From Longimicrobiales bacterium (GTDB lineage Bacteria; Gemmatimonadota; Gemmatimonadetes; Longimicrobiales; Gaopeijiaceae), in contig CBDCNQ010000004.1 in NCBI GenBank assembly GCA_965219445.1, forward strand, positions 608,001 through 672,000: a stretch of DNA of 64,000 nt, written 5' to 3'. This document shows positions 30,868-41,310 of the stretch, piece after piece. Every line of letters begins with the position of its first letter. Position 1 is the stretch's first letter. Position numbers and translations under genes: made by a program. The notes beneath the pieces were generated by a model. The model saw only the letters and a program-made list of their open reading frames with translations, was not told the DNA's origin and did no database searches.

Positions 30868-32736
30868 TCAGCGTGCGACACCTTGCAGCCATGTTTCAAG
30901 AGTGAGTAAGGCCCAAAGCTGTTGCGAGAAATCGATCTTGCCCTCCATGTGCTCCTCAGACCGGTCGGTCACGTAGTCCCGGTCCAGCCATTCCCAGAGT
31001 TTGGCGTCTGCAGTGAGCACGCGTTCGTGTAGCACGCCACGCCAGGGGCCACGAAACCATTCCGGAAGTGGCACCGCAAAACCCTGTTTCCCCCGGTCGA
31101 GCACCACGCGAGGAACGACGTCGGAGAACGCCTTCCGTAAGACGTACTTGAGCGTCCCTCTCCGGCGGAGGACCTTGGGTGGCAGACCGGCCGCATACTC
31201 GACCAGGTCCGTGTCGAGAAAGGGCACGCGCAGCTCCAGTCCGTTCGCCATGCTCATTCGGTCCGCCTTGACGAGGAGATCATCGACGAGGTAGGTCCCG
31301 AAGTTCGTGGAGAGAGCGCGTGAGAGAACGTTGCTTCGCTCATTCATCGCCTTACGGATGCTTACTGTGAGGTCGGGCAACGGCCCAGCGTCGGGTTTCA
31401 TGACCCGCCCCAGATCCGCTACGAAGAAGCCCACCCAATGGAGCCACCGTTCCTCTTCGGAAAGGCTCGCGGCCTCGAAGAAACGCCGCATTCGCCGTCT
31501 CAAGCCACGGTGGTGAGGATCGTGGGGTAGGGATGACAGAATCTTCCGTCCCACCACGGCGGCCCATCCGGGCACCCTCGAAGCCATTTCCATGGCGCGA
31601 AACCGCAGGTAGCCGCAAAAGAGCTCGTCCGAGCCCTCACCCGACAGCGCCACGGTCACATTCTCCTTGGCGAGTTGGGTCACGGCGTAGGTGGGCAGCG
31701 CGGATGAATCCCCGAAGGGTCCATCGTGTGCATCCACCAGCGTGTCGAGCTGCTCGATGCAGTCCGGACCGACGTGGACCTCACTATGGACCGTCCCGAG
31801 TCGCTGGGAGACCAGCCTCGCGAACGCAGCTTCGTCGTATGTAGGGGATCCTTCGAAGCTGGCTGTGAACGTCTGCAATGGCCCTTCGGTGAGGGAGGCA
31901 GTAACGGCGGTAATGATCGTCGAGTCCAGACCGCCCGAGAGCAGGACGCCCAAAGGCACGTCGGCGACCAGACGTCGCTCCACCGATTGGCGAACCAGTC
32001 GACGAATCTCCCCCTTCGCACGGCCCCAACGCACCGGGCGAGGATTGAAATCCGCCTCCCAGTAGGATCGGATACGGGGCTCGAAGCCCTCCTCCAAGAT
32101 CAGACAGGAGGCTCTTGGAAGTGCTCGTGTGTTCCGGTAAAACGTCCCGGGAGTCGGCACGTATCCGAAGGCGAGGTAGGACGGAAGCGAAGAGGAATTC
32201 AGTCCGGCATCGAGGCCGGGGCACTGCATCAGCCCCTTCAGCTCGGAGGCCCAGGCCACCCGGTCCCCATCGTGGTATACGAAGAGGGGCTTGATCCCCA
32301 TTCGATCGCGCCCCAGCAGAAGCCGGCGTGTCTCGTCGTCCCAGATGGCGAAGGAGAACTGACCGCGGAGGTGCTCGACCAAATCCAGGCCCCACTCCTC
32401 GTAGGCGTGAACGACGACCTCGCAGTCCCCCGACGAGCGGAACACGTGGCCACGATCCTGAAGCCGACGTCGAAGTGACTGGAAGTTGTAGATCATCCCG
32501 TTCACCACGGTCGCGATCGAGCCCGTTTCGTTCAGGATGGGCTGCCCGCCCGTTTCCAGATCGATGACGGCGAGTCGGGTGTGACCAAGGACGCAACGAC
32601 CCGAAGGGGCGGCCCAGGACCCCGACGAGTCCGGACCGCGATGACGCATCCGGGCGGCCATGCGCTCAACCTGGGATCGGGCTTCGGGGGCCAGCGGGTT
32701 CTGGCCTCGAGAGACGATTCCGGCGATGCCGCACAT
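30868..32736 (-). CDS. asnB: Asparagine synthase-like glutamine amidotransferase (polysaccharide-associated)
   Basis: MCGIAG, HRGPD, RLAVID, RDRMGIKPL, LLSGGLDS, SGEGSDELFCGY, DRMSMANGLELRVPFLD. Confidence 0.95.
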   Translation of the reverse strand: MCGIAGIVSRGQNPLAPEARSQVERMAARMRHRGPDSSGSWAAPSGRCVLGHTRLAVIDLETGGQPILNETGSIATVVNGMIYNFQSLRRRLQDRGHVFRSSGDCEVVVHAYEEWGLDLVEHLRGQFSFAIWDDETRRLLLGRDRMGIKPLFVYHDGDRVAWASELKGLMQCPGLDAGLNSSSLPSYLAFGYVPTPGTFYRNTRALPRASCLILEEGFEPRIRSYWEADFNPRPVRWGRAKGEIRRLVRQSVERRLVADVPLGVLLSGGLDSTIITAVTASLTEGPLQTFTASFEGSPTYDEAAFARLVSQRLGTVHSEVHVGPDCIEQLDTLVDAHDGPFGDSSALPTYAVTQLAKENVTVALSGEGSDELFCGYLRFRAMEMASRVPGWAAVVGRKILSSLPHDPHHRGLRRRMRRFFEAASLSEEERWLHWVGFFVADLGRVMKPDAGPLPDLTVSIRKAMNERSNVLSRALSTNFGTYLVDDLLVKADRMSMANGLELRVPFLDTDLVEYAAGLPPKVLRRRGTLKYVLRKAFSDVVPRVVLDRGKQGFAVPLPEWFRGPWRGVLHERVLTADAKLWEWLDRDYVTDRSEEHMEGKIDFSQQLWALLTLETWLQGVAR

Positions 32737-32861
32737 CTTCAGGCCACCGCCCGTAGGGTTCCCACGCACTCCTCCACTATACCTCCTGGGTGAACTCTGC
32801 CATTAGAAAGGTCATGTCATTCATGGTCGTGGGCGACCCGCTGTACTTCTTCAAAGCCTTC

Positions 32862-34199
32862 CTAGGTTCGGTAACGCAACCGAGTCCTCGTCCGCCACAC
32901 CCGCGTCTGGCTGATGACCCGGTCCTTGAACCAGGAGAGGCCGACGCCCGAAAAGGTGAAGAAGAGAGGCATGATCTGGGCCCGATGTCGATACGCCGTC
33001 CCGAAGTTGCCCTCCACCAAGGCATAGCTCGACACGACCACGAGAAGAACGGACACCGGAAAGAGCGCCGTGGTCACGCGACTTCGGAGTGAGATTCGGA
33101 ACCCGAGAATCGACAGCAGGAAAAGAGGATACCAGAGGAGCGATTCCCCCGCGGCGGTCGCCTGTAGCGTGGTTTCGATCTCCCAGGGGAAGGGCGCGAA
33201 GAGTAGGTAGGTGCTCCCGACCGGTATGTAGCGGAGGGCGGCCCCGATGGTTCGGGTCTCCACTCCGACGCCGAACGCGGAGGTAGCGTCCTGCTGTAGC
33301 CCAGTCCGCAGAGCCTGCGCCGTCTCGAGGAGCCCCTCGGGGCGTACGGTCGAAAACAGGCCGATCTGGTCTGCGAAATAGGTCAGGGCCACCGCCGCCG
33401 CCGTACCGAACAACATCGTAGGGAACATGCGCTCCGGACGGAGGGCGGTCACACTTCCGATCACGAGCCCCATGACGACGAGGAAGGCCATATAGTCCCG
33501 GAGTAGAGCCAGGCCGAGTAACGCCACGGAAAAAAACCAGAGGTACGAGGGCCGGAAGCTTTTCGCCAGGCGCATACCGTACAGGACGAGCACCACCGTG
33601 CAGAGGGTGGCTAACGAATCTCGAATGTTCAGAACCGACCAGAGCATCAGGGACGGAAAGGTCCCGCTGAGTACCGCCGCCACCTTGGCGGACGCGAGAG
33701 GCAAGAATTCCCTGGTCACATAGAACGTGATGAGCGCCGTCCACACTCCCGCAAACATGTTGAGCACGACCAGTGCGAGCCGGGAATCGCCAAACAAGGA
33801 GAAGAACAGGGCGTTGAGGTGGTAGTATCCAGGGCGCCACCCGTCGCGGATCGGGGTCGGGACAACGACACCACCGGCCCAGTAGTTGCTGATCTCCTGC
33901 CCGATTCTCTCATAGGCCGCGGCATCCGGCGCGAAGAAGTATGGCGAATACCTGAACTGAACGACCAAGACCAACAGCAACCGAAGTGCCAGGGTGGCCA
34001 GCGCCAGCCGAATCAGCCACTTCCGGATATCGAGGTCGCGCTCTCGCGCGAGTCCCGCCAGAGTGAGCGCCAGCAGAAGGATCAACTCGATGGAGAACGG
34101 GAGAGCAACACCAGGGCGCTCAATGACAGAGAGGCCGAGCAGTGCCGAAGCGACCACTGCAAAGAGCACAAGGGTTACGCCGCTGATCGAGCGATTCAC
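32862..34199 (-). CDS. Polytopic membrane protein (GT-C / polymerase-like)
   Basis: About 11 hydrophobic segments, PDAAAYE loop, FPS..LWS....RD, APFPW, GN.GTAYRHR. GTG start overlaps the upstream stop. Confidence 0.7.
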   Translation of the reverse strand: MNRSISGVTLVLFAVVASALLGLSVIERPGVALPFSIELILLLALTLAGLARERDLDIRKWLIRLALATLALRLLLVLVVQFRYSPYFFAPDAAAYERIGQEISNYWAGGVVVPTPIRDGWRPGYYHLNALFFSLFGDSRLALVVLNMFAGVWTALITFYVTREFLPLASAKVAAVLSGTFPSLMLWSVLNIRDSLATLCTVVLVLYGMRLAKSFRPSYLWFFSVALLGLALLRDYMAFLVVMGLVIGSVTALRPERMFPTMLFGTAAAVALTYFADQIGLFSTVRPEGLLETAQALRTGLQQDATSAFGVGVETRTIGAALRYIPVGSTYLLFAPFPWEIETTLQATAAGESLLWYPLFLLSILGFRISLRSRVTTALFPVSVLLVVVSSYALVEGNFGTAYRHRAQIMPLFFTFSGVGLSWFKDRVISQTRVWRTRTRLRYRT

Positions 34200-35560
34200 T
34201 CGTGGGATCCCTCTTCTTTCCACCACTGCCCTTGGGCCCACTGCGGGACGCCGGCTAAGCCGACGAGGCCCAGCAACGCCCATAGGTGCCGGAATTCCTC
34301 GTTGGCGATCGCGATCCCGTGGACTCCAGCCGCCAACAGGGCCACCACCAGCACCGCATGCCTACGCGTGGTCCCCTCCCGAACCAGCGTCCGCATAAGC
34401 ACGGCGAGGGCCCCGGCGAACAGGGCCGCCCCGACCAATCCGAACTGGCCGAGGATGCTCAAGTAGACATTGTGCGCATCCCAGACGGCCGCGGCACTCG
34501 TCGAACCGAGCGGGTCGGCCGCTACCGCCAGGATTGGGTTGGCGCCTACACCGCCGATCGGCGCCTCCTTGAACGCCTCCAGAGCTGAGAGCTAAATAGT
34601 GGGCCTGATGCCGCTCCCCGTGATCGACAGCCCCGCGACCTCAACACTCATCGGGATGAGGAGGCCCGCCAGTGTCATCGTGAAGAGGATGACGCCCGCG
34701 ACCACGAAAATGACCGGCACCGGCCGTTGCGACTGGACCAATAGGCGCCCATCCCGCTGGCGCATGTTGAGGAGACCCATGGCAGTCAGTAGTACGCCGG
34801 CGCCGAGCCAGGCAGAGGAGACCGTCATGACCAGGGTCCCAGCCACAAGCCATACGGTGGCAATGGCACCCCACCCCCAACGCTCCCGTAGCGTCTCCCA
34901 TCTCGCCCAAAGGATGGCACCGGACACCACCAAGAAATCTCCGAACATGTTCGGGTGAGGGAACGGTCCCGAAACGCGCGGCACCGGAAGGCCACGTACG
35001 GACCCTCCGTCATAAAGCAAGCGCGTCTGGAGCCCATCGGAACCCAAAAGGACACCGACCCAAGTCACGACCAGGCAAATCAGGGTCCCCAGGAGCCACG
35101 CATCGGCGGCTTTACCCCACGCGGCGCCACACCACACGATGGCCAGGGCGCCCATGCCCAACGCCGCGAAAGCCAAGCCCTTGGTGACCGCATAGGTCGG
35201 GTTGAAGCCCCAAAGCGCGCCGAGCGCCACCCACGCGCTGAAGGCCATCATGAAGAGCGCCGCGATATGAAAGGCGCGGCGCCCTGGAAGCATCGGAAAT
35301 CTCTCTCCCCCGGTGAAGTAAGGGCCACTCGCTCGGCCGAGATCGAGAATCCCCGCGAGCAGGACCAAAGCGAGGAATACGTCACTCCCCCTGGCCAACG
35401 TGCCGTTGACGGGCATAGCGAAGAGGTGGCCTACTGGCAAAACGACCAAATAGGTGAGGACGGCGAATCGGAGAATCACCGGGTCCAGAATCGCTGTTGG
35501 CGTCAGACCCTCGGTCCTGCCCTCCGCCCCCGCAACCCGAGACGAGCCCAGGTCACCCAT
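34196..35560 (-). pseudogene. O-antigen ligase/Wzy_C family protein with an in-frame TAG at 34592-34594
   Basis: RVSGPFPHPN upstream. After GIRPTI* the same frame continues LSALEAFKEAPIGGVG...DAHNVYLSILGQFGLVG. TAG sits where the conserved Trp (TGG) of R..IW is expected. Confidence 0.85.
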
Positions 35561-36362
35561 GTGCCTCCTCTTCGAAGTGACTCGAGATCGCCTTTACCAA
35601 CCCCGGAATCGTGAATGGATTCGCCTCCACCGCAACCCGATACCCCAATTCGCGGGCTGCGCCGGCCGTCACCGGCCCGAGCACGGCCGCGTTCGCGACC
35701 ACTCCACCACCCACCAAACGATGGAAGCTCCGCACAGTGGACGGAGAGGTGAACGTCACAAGATCCACGCCCTTTTCGAGCCTTTCCAATAGGCCCGGGC
35801 CGGCCGCTTCGACGGCGACTGTCCGATACGCTATCACGTCATCGACTTCGGCACCCAGTTCCCGCAAGCCGGCTCGTAGGACGAGCCTGGCCCCGGCCAC
35901 CGTAGGGATCAAGATTCGTTGGCCACGTAGCGGCGTCCGTGCCGAAAGCACCTCGACGACCGCTTCGGCCCTGTGGGTTTCAGGGACGACCTCAACGGTC
36001 AGGTCCAGAGCCTCGATTGCACTCGCCGTGGCCGGCCCTACGCAGCACACACGTGTCGCCGCGAGCGCGTCTTTCACTTCAACCCCGATGTCCTCCGCCG
36101 CCTTTCTGAAGAAGTCGACACCGTTCGCCGACGTAAAGATCACCCATTCGTAGCCTTGGGCGTTCTGCACTGCGCGCCGCAGTTCGTCCTGATCCAGAGC
36201 GGGCTCGACTCTGATGGTCGGAAGACGAACCACCGTCGCGCCCAGGGCCTCCAGGGCCGCGACCAACCCATCAGCCTGCGACGCCGCCCTGGTAACGACC
36301 AGGGTTCGACCGATCAGGGGATGAGACCTGACGGTCGGGTCTGCGGATCCGGTGGCGTTCAT
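35553..36362 (-). CDS. hemD: Uroporphyrinogen-III synthase
   Basis: VVTRA..QA, WVIFTSANGV, VGPATA, AYRT, FTSPSTV, GPVTA. Confidence 0.92.
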   Translation of the reverse strand: MNATGSADPTVRSHPLIGRTLVVTRAASQADGLVAALEALGATVVRLPTIRVEPALDQDELRRAVQNAQGYEWVIFTSANGVDFFRKAAEDIGVEVKDALAATRVCCVGPATASAIEALDLTVEVVPETHRAEAVVEVLSARTPLRGQRILIPTVAGARLVLRAGLRELGAEVDDVIAYRTVAVEAAGPGLLERLEKGVDLVTFTSPSTVRSFHRLVGGGVVANAAVLGPVTAGAARELGYRVAVEANPFTIPGLVKAISSHFEEEAHG

Positions 36363-36487
36363 CCGCCCAATATACACGCCCGGTCGGTCACAGGTCGAAC
36401 CGAATAAGAGGCTGGTCCCGAAGAAAATAATGCTCCTCAGAGCCTGAGGCCCCAGGAGCACCACGTACCAGAGATCGCCGGTGGGCT

Positions 36488-36703
36488 TTACACCTCGGCC
36501 ACGCTCACCGGTGGGGCCTTTTCGATTTTCCCACCCTTGATGCATGTCGTGCATACACGCACACGACGCCGATCCCCCTCGGAGGTAATGATCTTGACCG
36601 TTTGAAGATTCGGCAGCCAGCGGCGCCTGGTCTTGTTGTGGGCGTGACTGACGTTATTTCCGGTCTGCGGTCGCTTACCGCACACATAACATACTCGGGC
36701 CAT
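36488..36703 (-). CDS. rpmB: 50S ribosomal protein L28
   Basis: [32 protein letters not shown]...VCTTCIK. Confidence 0.97.
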   Translation of the reverse strand: MARVCYVCGKRPQTGNNVSHAHNKTRRRWLPNLQTVKIITSEGDRRRVRVCTTCIKGGKIEKAPPVSVAEV

Positions 36704-36739
36704 GTCTCTTCTCCACGGATTCCGCCAGTTCTGTTCGGG

Positions 36740-37261
36740 CTAGGGCTGGCCCGTGACGGTCACTTCGTCGATCTCGAAGAACGACTCGGCGAAAACGGCG
36801 AGAGCCCTATCGGCCTCTGCAAGGCCACCGGTATAGATCCACGCATCGGCCACACTATCCGACATGGCATGCACCCTTCCGGTCACCGACACTGTCGCAC
36901 CGTTCTCAACCTCCACCCCTTCGGCAATCGCCTCGGGAAGCATCTTTGCAAGGTATGGGGCGCTCTGATTGGGAATCTCGACAAAAAATGCCTGCGTTCC
37001 TACGAGGCTCTGCACGGGTAGCCCGTGCAGTGTGATGAGCATGTCCGCCTGTGCCATGGGATCAGCACCGAAGACGTCGGTGGCCACCACCGTCGGTGCA
37101 TCCTCCTCGATGCCCGAGCCCCCTTCGACAACCTCGACCTCCACCGGCACGGCGCGTACGAACAACCAAGCCATTAAACCCGCCACCGACAAGAACGCCC
37201 CAGCCATCAAATACACGGATAAGGCGCCAGCCTCACCTCTTCGGGACCCGAACGAAAACAT
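36740..37261 (-). CDS. Hypothetical membrane-anchored protein (possible OB-fold-like domain)
   Basis: One N-terminal TM and an acidic soluble part; co-oriented between rplQ and rpmB; start uncertain. Confidence 0.6.
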   Translation of the reverse strand: MFSFGSRRGEAGALSVYLMAGAFLSVAGLMAWLFVRAVPVEVEVVEGGSGIEEDAPTVVATDVFGADPMAQADMLITLHGLPVQSLVGTQAFFVEIPNQSAPYLAKMLPEAIAEGVEVENGATVSVTGRVHAMSDSVADAWIYTGGLAEADRALAVFAESFFEIDEVTVTGQP

Positions 37262-37315
37262 GACTAATCGTGCTCCTCGTTTTGATCTGCCCTCGATGTT
37301 CAAGACGCCGCCAGT

Positions 37316-37669
37316 CTAATCGACCAACTCGATCAGCGCCATCTCAGCGGCGTCGCCTCGCCGATTTCCCAGCTTCAGAATGCGTGTATAGCCTCCGGGC
37401 CGTTCCGTAAAACGGGGCCCGATATCATCGAATAGTTTGCCGAGGACCTGGCGATCCGCGATCCAGCGACCCGCGAGCCGGCGGGCGTGGAGATCCCCGC
37501 GTTTGCCAAGCGTGATCAAGCGCTCGGCGAACGGACGCAGTTCTTTCGCTTTCGCCGTCGTCGTCTCGATCCGCTCGTGGCGAAAGAGGGACGTCGCCAT
37601 ATTCCGCATCGTCGCCTTCTTGTGGCTTGCCGTCCGGGAAAGGGTCCGGCCCTTGTTGCGGTGCCTCAT
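37316..37669 (-). CDS. rplQ: 50S ribosomal protein L17
   Basis: [34 protein letters not shown]...[13 protein letters not shown]. Confidence 0.98.
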   Translation of the reverse strand: MRHRNKGRTLSRTASHKKATMRNMATSLFRHERIETTTAKAKELRPFAERLITLGKRGDLHARRLAGRWIADRQVLGKLFDDIGPRFTERPGGYTRILKLGNRRGDAAEMALIELVD

Positions 37670-37678
37670 GCTCGAATG

Positions 37679-38737
37679 CTACTCCTCGGTCGTCTCTGCG
37701 GCTTCCACCGCGTCTTCTTCGACCATGAACAGTTGGCCGTCGTCACCAGACTTGAGGCTCATTCCGAACTTCAGCTCATGCTCGTCGAGGAAAGCTGTGA
37801 TCTCCGTGAGTGATTTCTTGCCGAAGTTCTCGATCCCGAGCATCTCGTCTTCCGTGCGCTGAACGAGATCGCCCAATGTCTGGATGTTCTCCTTTTGAAG
37901 CGAGTTCCGGGATCGGACGCTCAACTCTGCTAGATCCTCGATAGGACGATCGAACAGATCGCGCAGCCGCTCCGGCACTTCAACCGCGCCCGGAACGGTC
38001 ACCTGCGGCACCCCACCCTCTCCGAAATACAGCATGAACTCGAAATGCTTACGAACCAACGCGGCCGCATACTTGACCGCCGATTCCGCGTCCAGCGACC
38101 CGTCCGTCTCGACCACAAGCGTGAGCCGATCGAAGTCGGTACGCTGCCCGACCCGGGTTTCCTCAACCGAAAAGTTGGCACGACGGACGGGATTGAAGAT
38201 GGCGTCAATCCGCACCAAGTCCACCGTGGCTCCTCGCGGCAACTCGTGCTGATCGGCCAGTACGAAACCCCGTCCCTTCTGGACATATAACTCGATGTTG
38301 ACCTTGCGCTTGTCGTGGACCGTCATCACGTGATGATCCGGTTCGTGAATCGTCACGCCACTCACAGGCCCAATATCGGCAGCAGTGATTGGCCCCGAGC
38401 GATTCACCTGGATCGCGAGCGTCGCCTCGGACACATCGTCGTCCAAGCTGACGACAAGAGACTTGAGGTTTTGAATGATCTGATGAACGTCCTCGACCAC
38501 CCCTTGGATGGTCTGGTGCTCATGCACGACACCATCGATTCGGAACGCCCAAACCGCGGCCCCGCGAAGCGATGAGAGCAGGACTCGCCTCACCGAGTTT
38601 CCGAGCGTATGGCCAAAGCCACGCTCGAGAGGTTCAATCACAAATTCCGCCCGGCTCCCATCCTGCGAGGCCTGGGAGACCTCGATACGCTCGGGCAATA
38701 CCAAACCTGTCAAATCGATCTGCACGGGGGTCTCCAT
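37679..38737 (-). CDS. rpoA: DNA-directed RNA polymerase subunit alpha
   Basis: EPLERGFGHTLGNSVRRVLLSSL.GAA, RVGQRTDFDRL, LSVRSRNSL, NFGKKSL. Confidence 0.98.
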   Translation of the reverse strand: METPVQIDLTGLVLPERIEVSQASQDGSRAEFVIEPLERGFGHTLGNSVRRVLLSSLRGAAVWAFRIDGVVHEHQTIQGVVEDVHQIIQNLKSLVVSLDDDVSEATLAIQVNRSGPITAADIGPVSGVTIHEPDHHVMTVHDKRKVNIELYVQKGRGFVLADQHELPRGATVDLVRIDAIFNPVRRANFSVEETRVGQRTDFDRLTLVVETDGSLDAESAVKYAAALVRKHFEFMLYFGEGGVPQVTVPGAVEVPERLRDLFDRPIEDLAELSVRSRNSLQKENIQTLGDLVQRTEDEMLGIENFGKKSLTEITAFLDEHELKFGMSLKSGDDGQLFMVEEDAVEAAETTEE

Positions 38738-39372
38738 TACTTCGAGTAGAGCTCCACGATGAGCTGTTCTTGAACGGCCAGCGGGATATCCTGACGTGTA
38801 GGCTGGCGAGTCATCCGCCCGACACGATTCTTCTCATCCAGGGCGAGCCACTCCACCAAGGACAGGCGAGTTCTGGCCTCCAGGCTCCCCTGCACAGCGG
38901 CCAGGTCCTTGGACTTGGCCTTTATGGCCACCTCGTCCCCGGGACCCACCTGGTAGGACGGTACATCCACGACACGCCCGTTGACCTCCACGTGACGGTG
39001 CCGCACAAGCTGCCGGGCGGCGTTGCGGCTCGGTGCGAAGCCCATTCGGAAAATCACGTTGTCCAACCGTATTTCCAGAGAAATCAGCATGTTCTCGCCA
39101 GTGATTCCATCCCGCGCGGAGGCCCGCTCGAACAGGTTCCGGAACTGCCTTTCATGGAGTCCGTAAATCCTTTTCACCTTCTGCTTCTCGCGAAGCTGGA
39201 CGGCGTAGTCGGATTGTTTGCGCCGGCGCGCGTGCGCGGGACCGTGCTGGCCCGGGGGATAGGCGCGACGTTCGATGCCGCACTTCTCCGTGTAGCACTT
39301 CTGTCCCTTCAAGAAGAGCTTCTGCCCCTCTCGGCGGCAGAGTCGGCAAACTGGTCCCGTGTATCGTGCCAT
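38737..39372 (-). CDS. rpsD: 30S ribosomal protein S4
   Basis: MARYTGPVCRLCRREG, QLREKQK, LE.RLDNV..R.G, EQLIVELYSK. Confidence 0.98.
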   Translation of the reverse strand: MARYTGPVCRLCRREGQKLFLKGQKCYTEKCGIERRAYPPGQHGPAHARRRKQSDYAVQLREKQKVKRIYGLHERQFRNLFERASARDGITGENMLISLEIRLDNVIFRMGFAPSRNAARQLVRHRHVEVNGRVVDVPSYQVGPGDEVAIKAKSKDLAAVQGSLEARTRLSLVEWLALDEKNRVGRMTRQPTRQDIPLAVQEQLIVELYSK

Positions 39373-39383
39373 ACTCTTCTCTG

Positions 39384-39773
39384 CTAAACCCGGCGCTTCT
39401 TGGGTGGGCGGCATCCATTGTGAGGAAGCGGCGTTACGTCTTGGATCGATTTGATCTGGATTCCGGCGGCCGCCAGAGCCGAAATGGCCGACTCTCGCCC
39501 CGAGCCCGGTCCCTGAACACGTACATCCACGCGCCTGACACCCAGGGCGAGGGCCTCACGGCCACATTGCTCCGCAGCGACTGTGGCGGCAAAGGGAGTC
39601 GATTTCTTGGAGCCCTTGAAACCGGCCTTTCCGGCGCTACCCCAAACCACCGTATTTCCGGCCTTATCGGTGATGGTGATCAGCGTATTGTTGAAGGTCG
39701 CCTTGATGTGGGCGAGCCCTTCCGCCTCGACGATTTTCTTACTCCGCCTGCGCGGTACTTTCTCATCGGCCAC
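39384..39773 (-). CDS. rpsK: 30S ribosomal protein S11
   Basis: [49 protein letters not shown]. Confidence 0.98.
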   Translation of the reverse strand: MADEKVPRRRSKKIVEAEGLAHIKATFNNTLITITDKAGNTVVWGSAGKAGFKGSKKSTPFAATVAAEQCGREALALGVRRVDVRVQGPGSGRESAISALAAAGIQIKSIQDVTPLPHNGCRPPKKRRV

Positions 39774-39835
39774 TCGGTACCGTCCTCACTTCCTTGTGTT
39801 GAAACTTCCCTTCAGAACCCTGGATTCTCGTCGGC

Positions 39836-40216
39836 CTATTTCTTCGGCGGGGCCTTCTTCCCCGCGATTGCCCGTCGCTGACCTTTGTGGGTCCTGGCAT
39901 TGGTGTGGGTGCGTTGCCCCCGGACCGGAAGGCCGCGTCGATGCCGAAGACCCCGGTAGCAGCCAATGTCCATGAGACGCTTGATGTTCATCGACACTTC
40001 GGTGCGCAGTGCACCCTCGACCTTATAGTTACCTTCGATCTCCTGGCGAAGTTTGTTCACGTCGTCATCGGTGAGATCGAGCGCTCGGCGATCCGGATCC
40101 ACTCCGGTGTTGTCGAGGATCACTCGTGAACGCGACGGACCGATCCCGTATAGGTAGGTCAAAGCCACCTCGATCCGCTTTTCCTTCGGAAGATCCACAC
40201 CCGCGATTCGTGCCAT
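39836..40216 (-). CDS. rpsM: 30S ribosomal protein S13
   Basis: [44 protein letters not shown]. Confidence 0.98.
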   Translation of the reverse strand: MARIAGVDLPKEKRIEVALTYLYGIGPSRSRVILDNTGVDPDRRALDLTDDDVNKLRQEIEGNYKVEGALRTEVSMNIKRLMDIGCYRGLRHRRGLPVRGQRTHTNARTHKGQRRAIAGKKAPPKK

Positions 40217-40329
40217 ACGGACTTCTTCTCAGTTCTCTGGATAAAACCCGCGTCTGCGGGGTCAAAGCTATATACACCAACGAGTTACGCAGACGTCTTT
40301 CGAGGCGCCTCCGGGTCAGTATCGCCAGT

Positions 40330-40446
40330 CTACCCCTGGCGTTGCTTGTGCTTGGGATTGCGACTACAGATAACCCGTACGACTCCCCGCCGACGGACGA
40401 TTTTACAGTGCTCACAAATCGGCTTGACGCTACTACGCACCTTCAT
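40330..40446 (-). CDS. rpmJ: 50S ribosomal protein L36
   Basis: Manual translation [38 protein letters not shown] (38 aa, below the ORF-track cut-off). Confidence 0.97.
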   Translation of the reverse strand: MKVRSSVKPICEHCKIVRRRGVVRVICSRNPKHKQRQG

Positions 40447-40539
40447 TTTCAGCACCCTGACGTACGTTTATTGCATAGCAGGTAATGATAGTGGAACGAT
40501 TCAGCACGCTCAAGTCGGGATGCGGCCAACTCAGGGTTC

Positions 40540-41310
40540 TCATGCCGGAGCCTCCGCTGGCGCGGCAGTGAGAATTCGGGGTCCGGCCGAGGTAACGGCC
40601 ACCGTGTGCTCGAAGTGGGCCGACCGCGTCCCATCCCGTGTGACCACCGTCCAGCGATCGTCGAGGGTCTGAATGTCGGACGTCCCGCAGGACAGCATCG
40701 GCTCGATCGCCAAGACCATGCCCTCCCGAAGCGCAGGTCCCGTACCAGGAACGCCAAAATTCGGCACCTGCGGTGCTTCATGTACTTCGCGCCCCACACC
40801 GTGCCCAACCAGATCCCTGATGATGCTCAGGCCTGTCCCCTTCACCCTCTTCACAACGGCCGCACCGACGTCACCGACGGTGCCCTCGAGAACGGTAGCG
40901 GACACCGCCCGGTCGAGTGCATCCTTCGTCACCTCCATAAGGTGCCGCTCTCTCTCGTCGATCTCACCTACCGGAAAGGTCCAGGCGGAGTCGGAGCACC
41001 AACCGTCCAACTTGACCCCAACGTCGATCGAGATGATGTCCCCTTCCTCCAGGATCCGGTCGCCCTTCGGAATGCCGTGCACGACCTCCTCATTCAATGA
41101 CGTGCAGACACTCCCGGAAAAACCGTACAGGCCCTTGAACGCGGGCACCGCGCCGTCATGGGCACGGATGAACCCATCCGCGAAGCCGTCGAGTTCCAGA
41201 GTGGAGATCCCGGGTTGAATCCGTGGACGAACTTCAACTAGAAAATCGGCGATGATCGCACCGCCCCGTGCAATCGCGTCGACCTCATCCGGAGTCTTCA
41301 GGTGGATCAT
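40540..41310 (-). CDS. map: Methionine aminopeptidase type I
   Basis: CTSLNEEVVHGIP, DVGV..DG..SDSA, GHGVG..VHE.P, AIEPM, SAHFEHTV. Confidence 0.97.
   Translation of the reverse strand: MIHLKTPDEVDAIARGGAIIADFLVEVRPRIQPGISTLELDGFADGFIRAHDGAVPAFKGLYGFSGSVCTSLNEEVVHGIPKGDRILEEGDIISIDVGVKLDGWCSDSAWTFPVGEIDERERHLMEVTKDALDRAVSATVLEGTVGDVGAAVVKRVKGTGLSIIRDLVGHGVGREVHEAPQVPNFGVPGTGPALREGMVLAIEPMLSCGTSDIQTLDDRWTVVTRDGTRSAHFEHTVAVTSAGPRILTAAPAEAPA

Noticed and set aside
30868..32736. asnB as the lasso cyclase for the kinase/PqqD/NTase cassette
   Set aside because: It has an intact N-terminal Cys glutaminase domain (MCGIAG), lies 26 kb away among glycan genes, and no B2 peptidase is present. It fits a sugar amidotransferase better.
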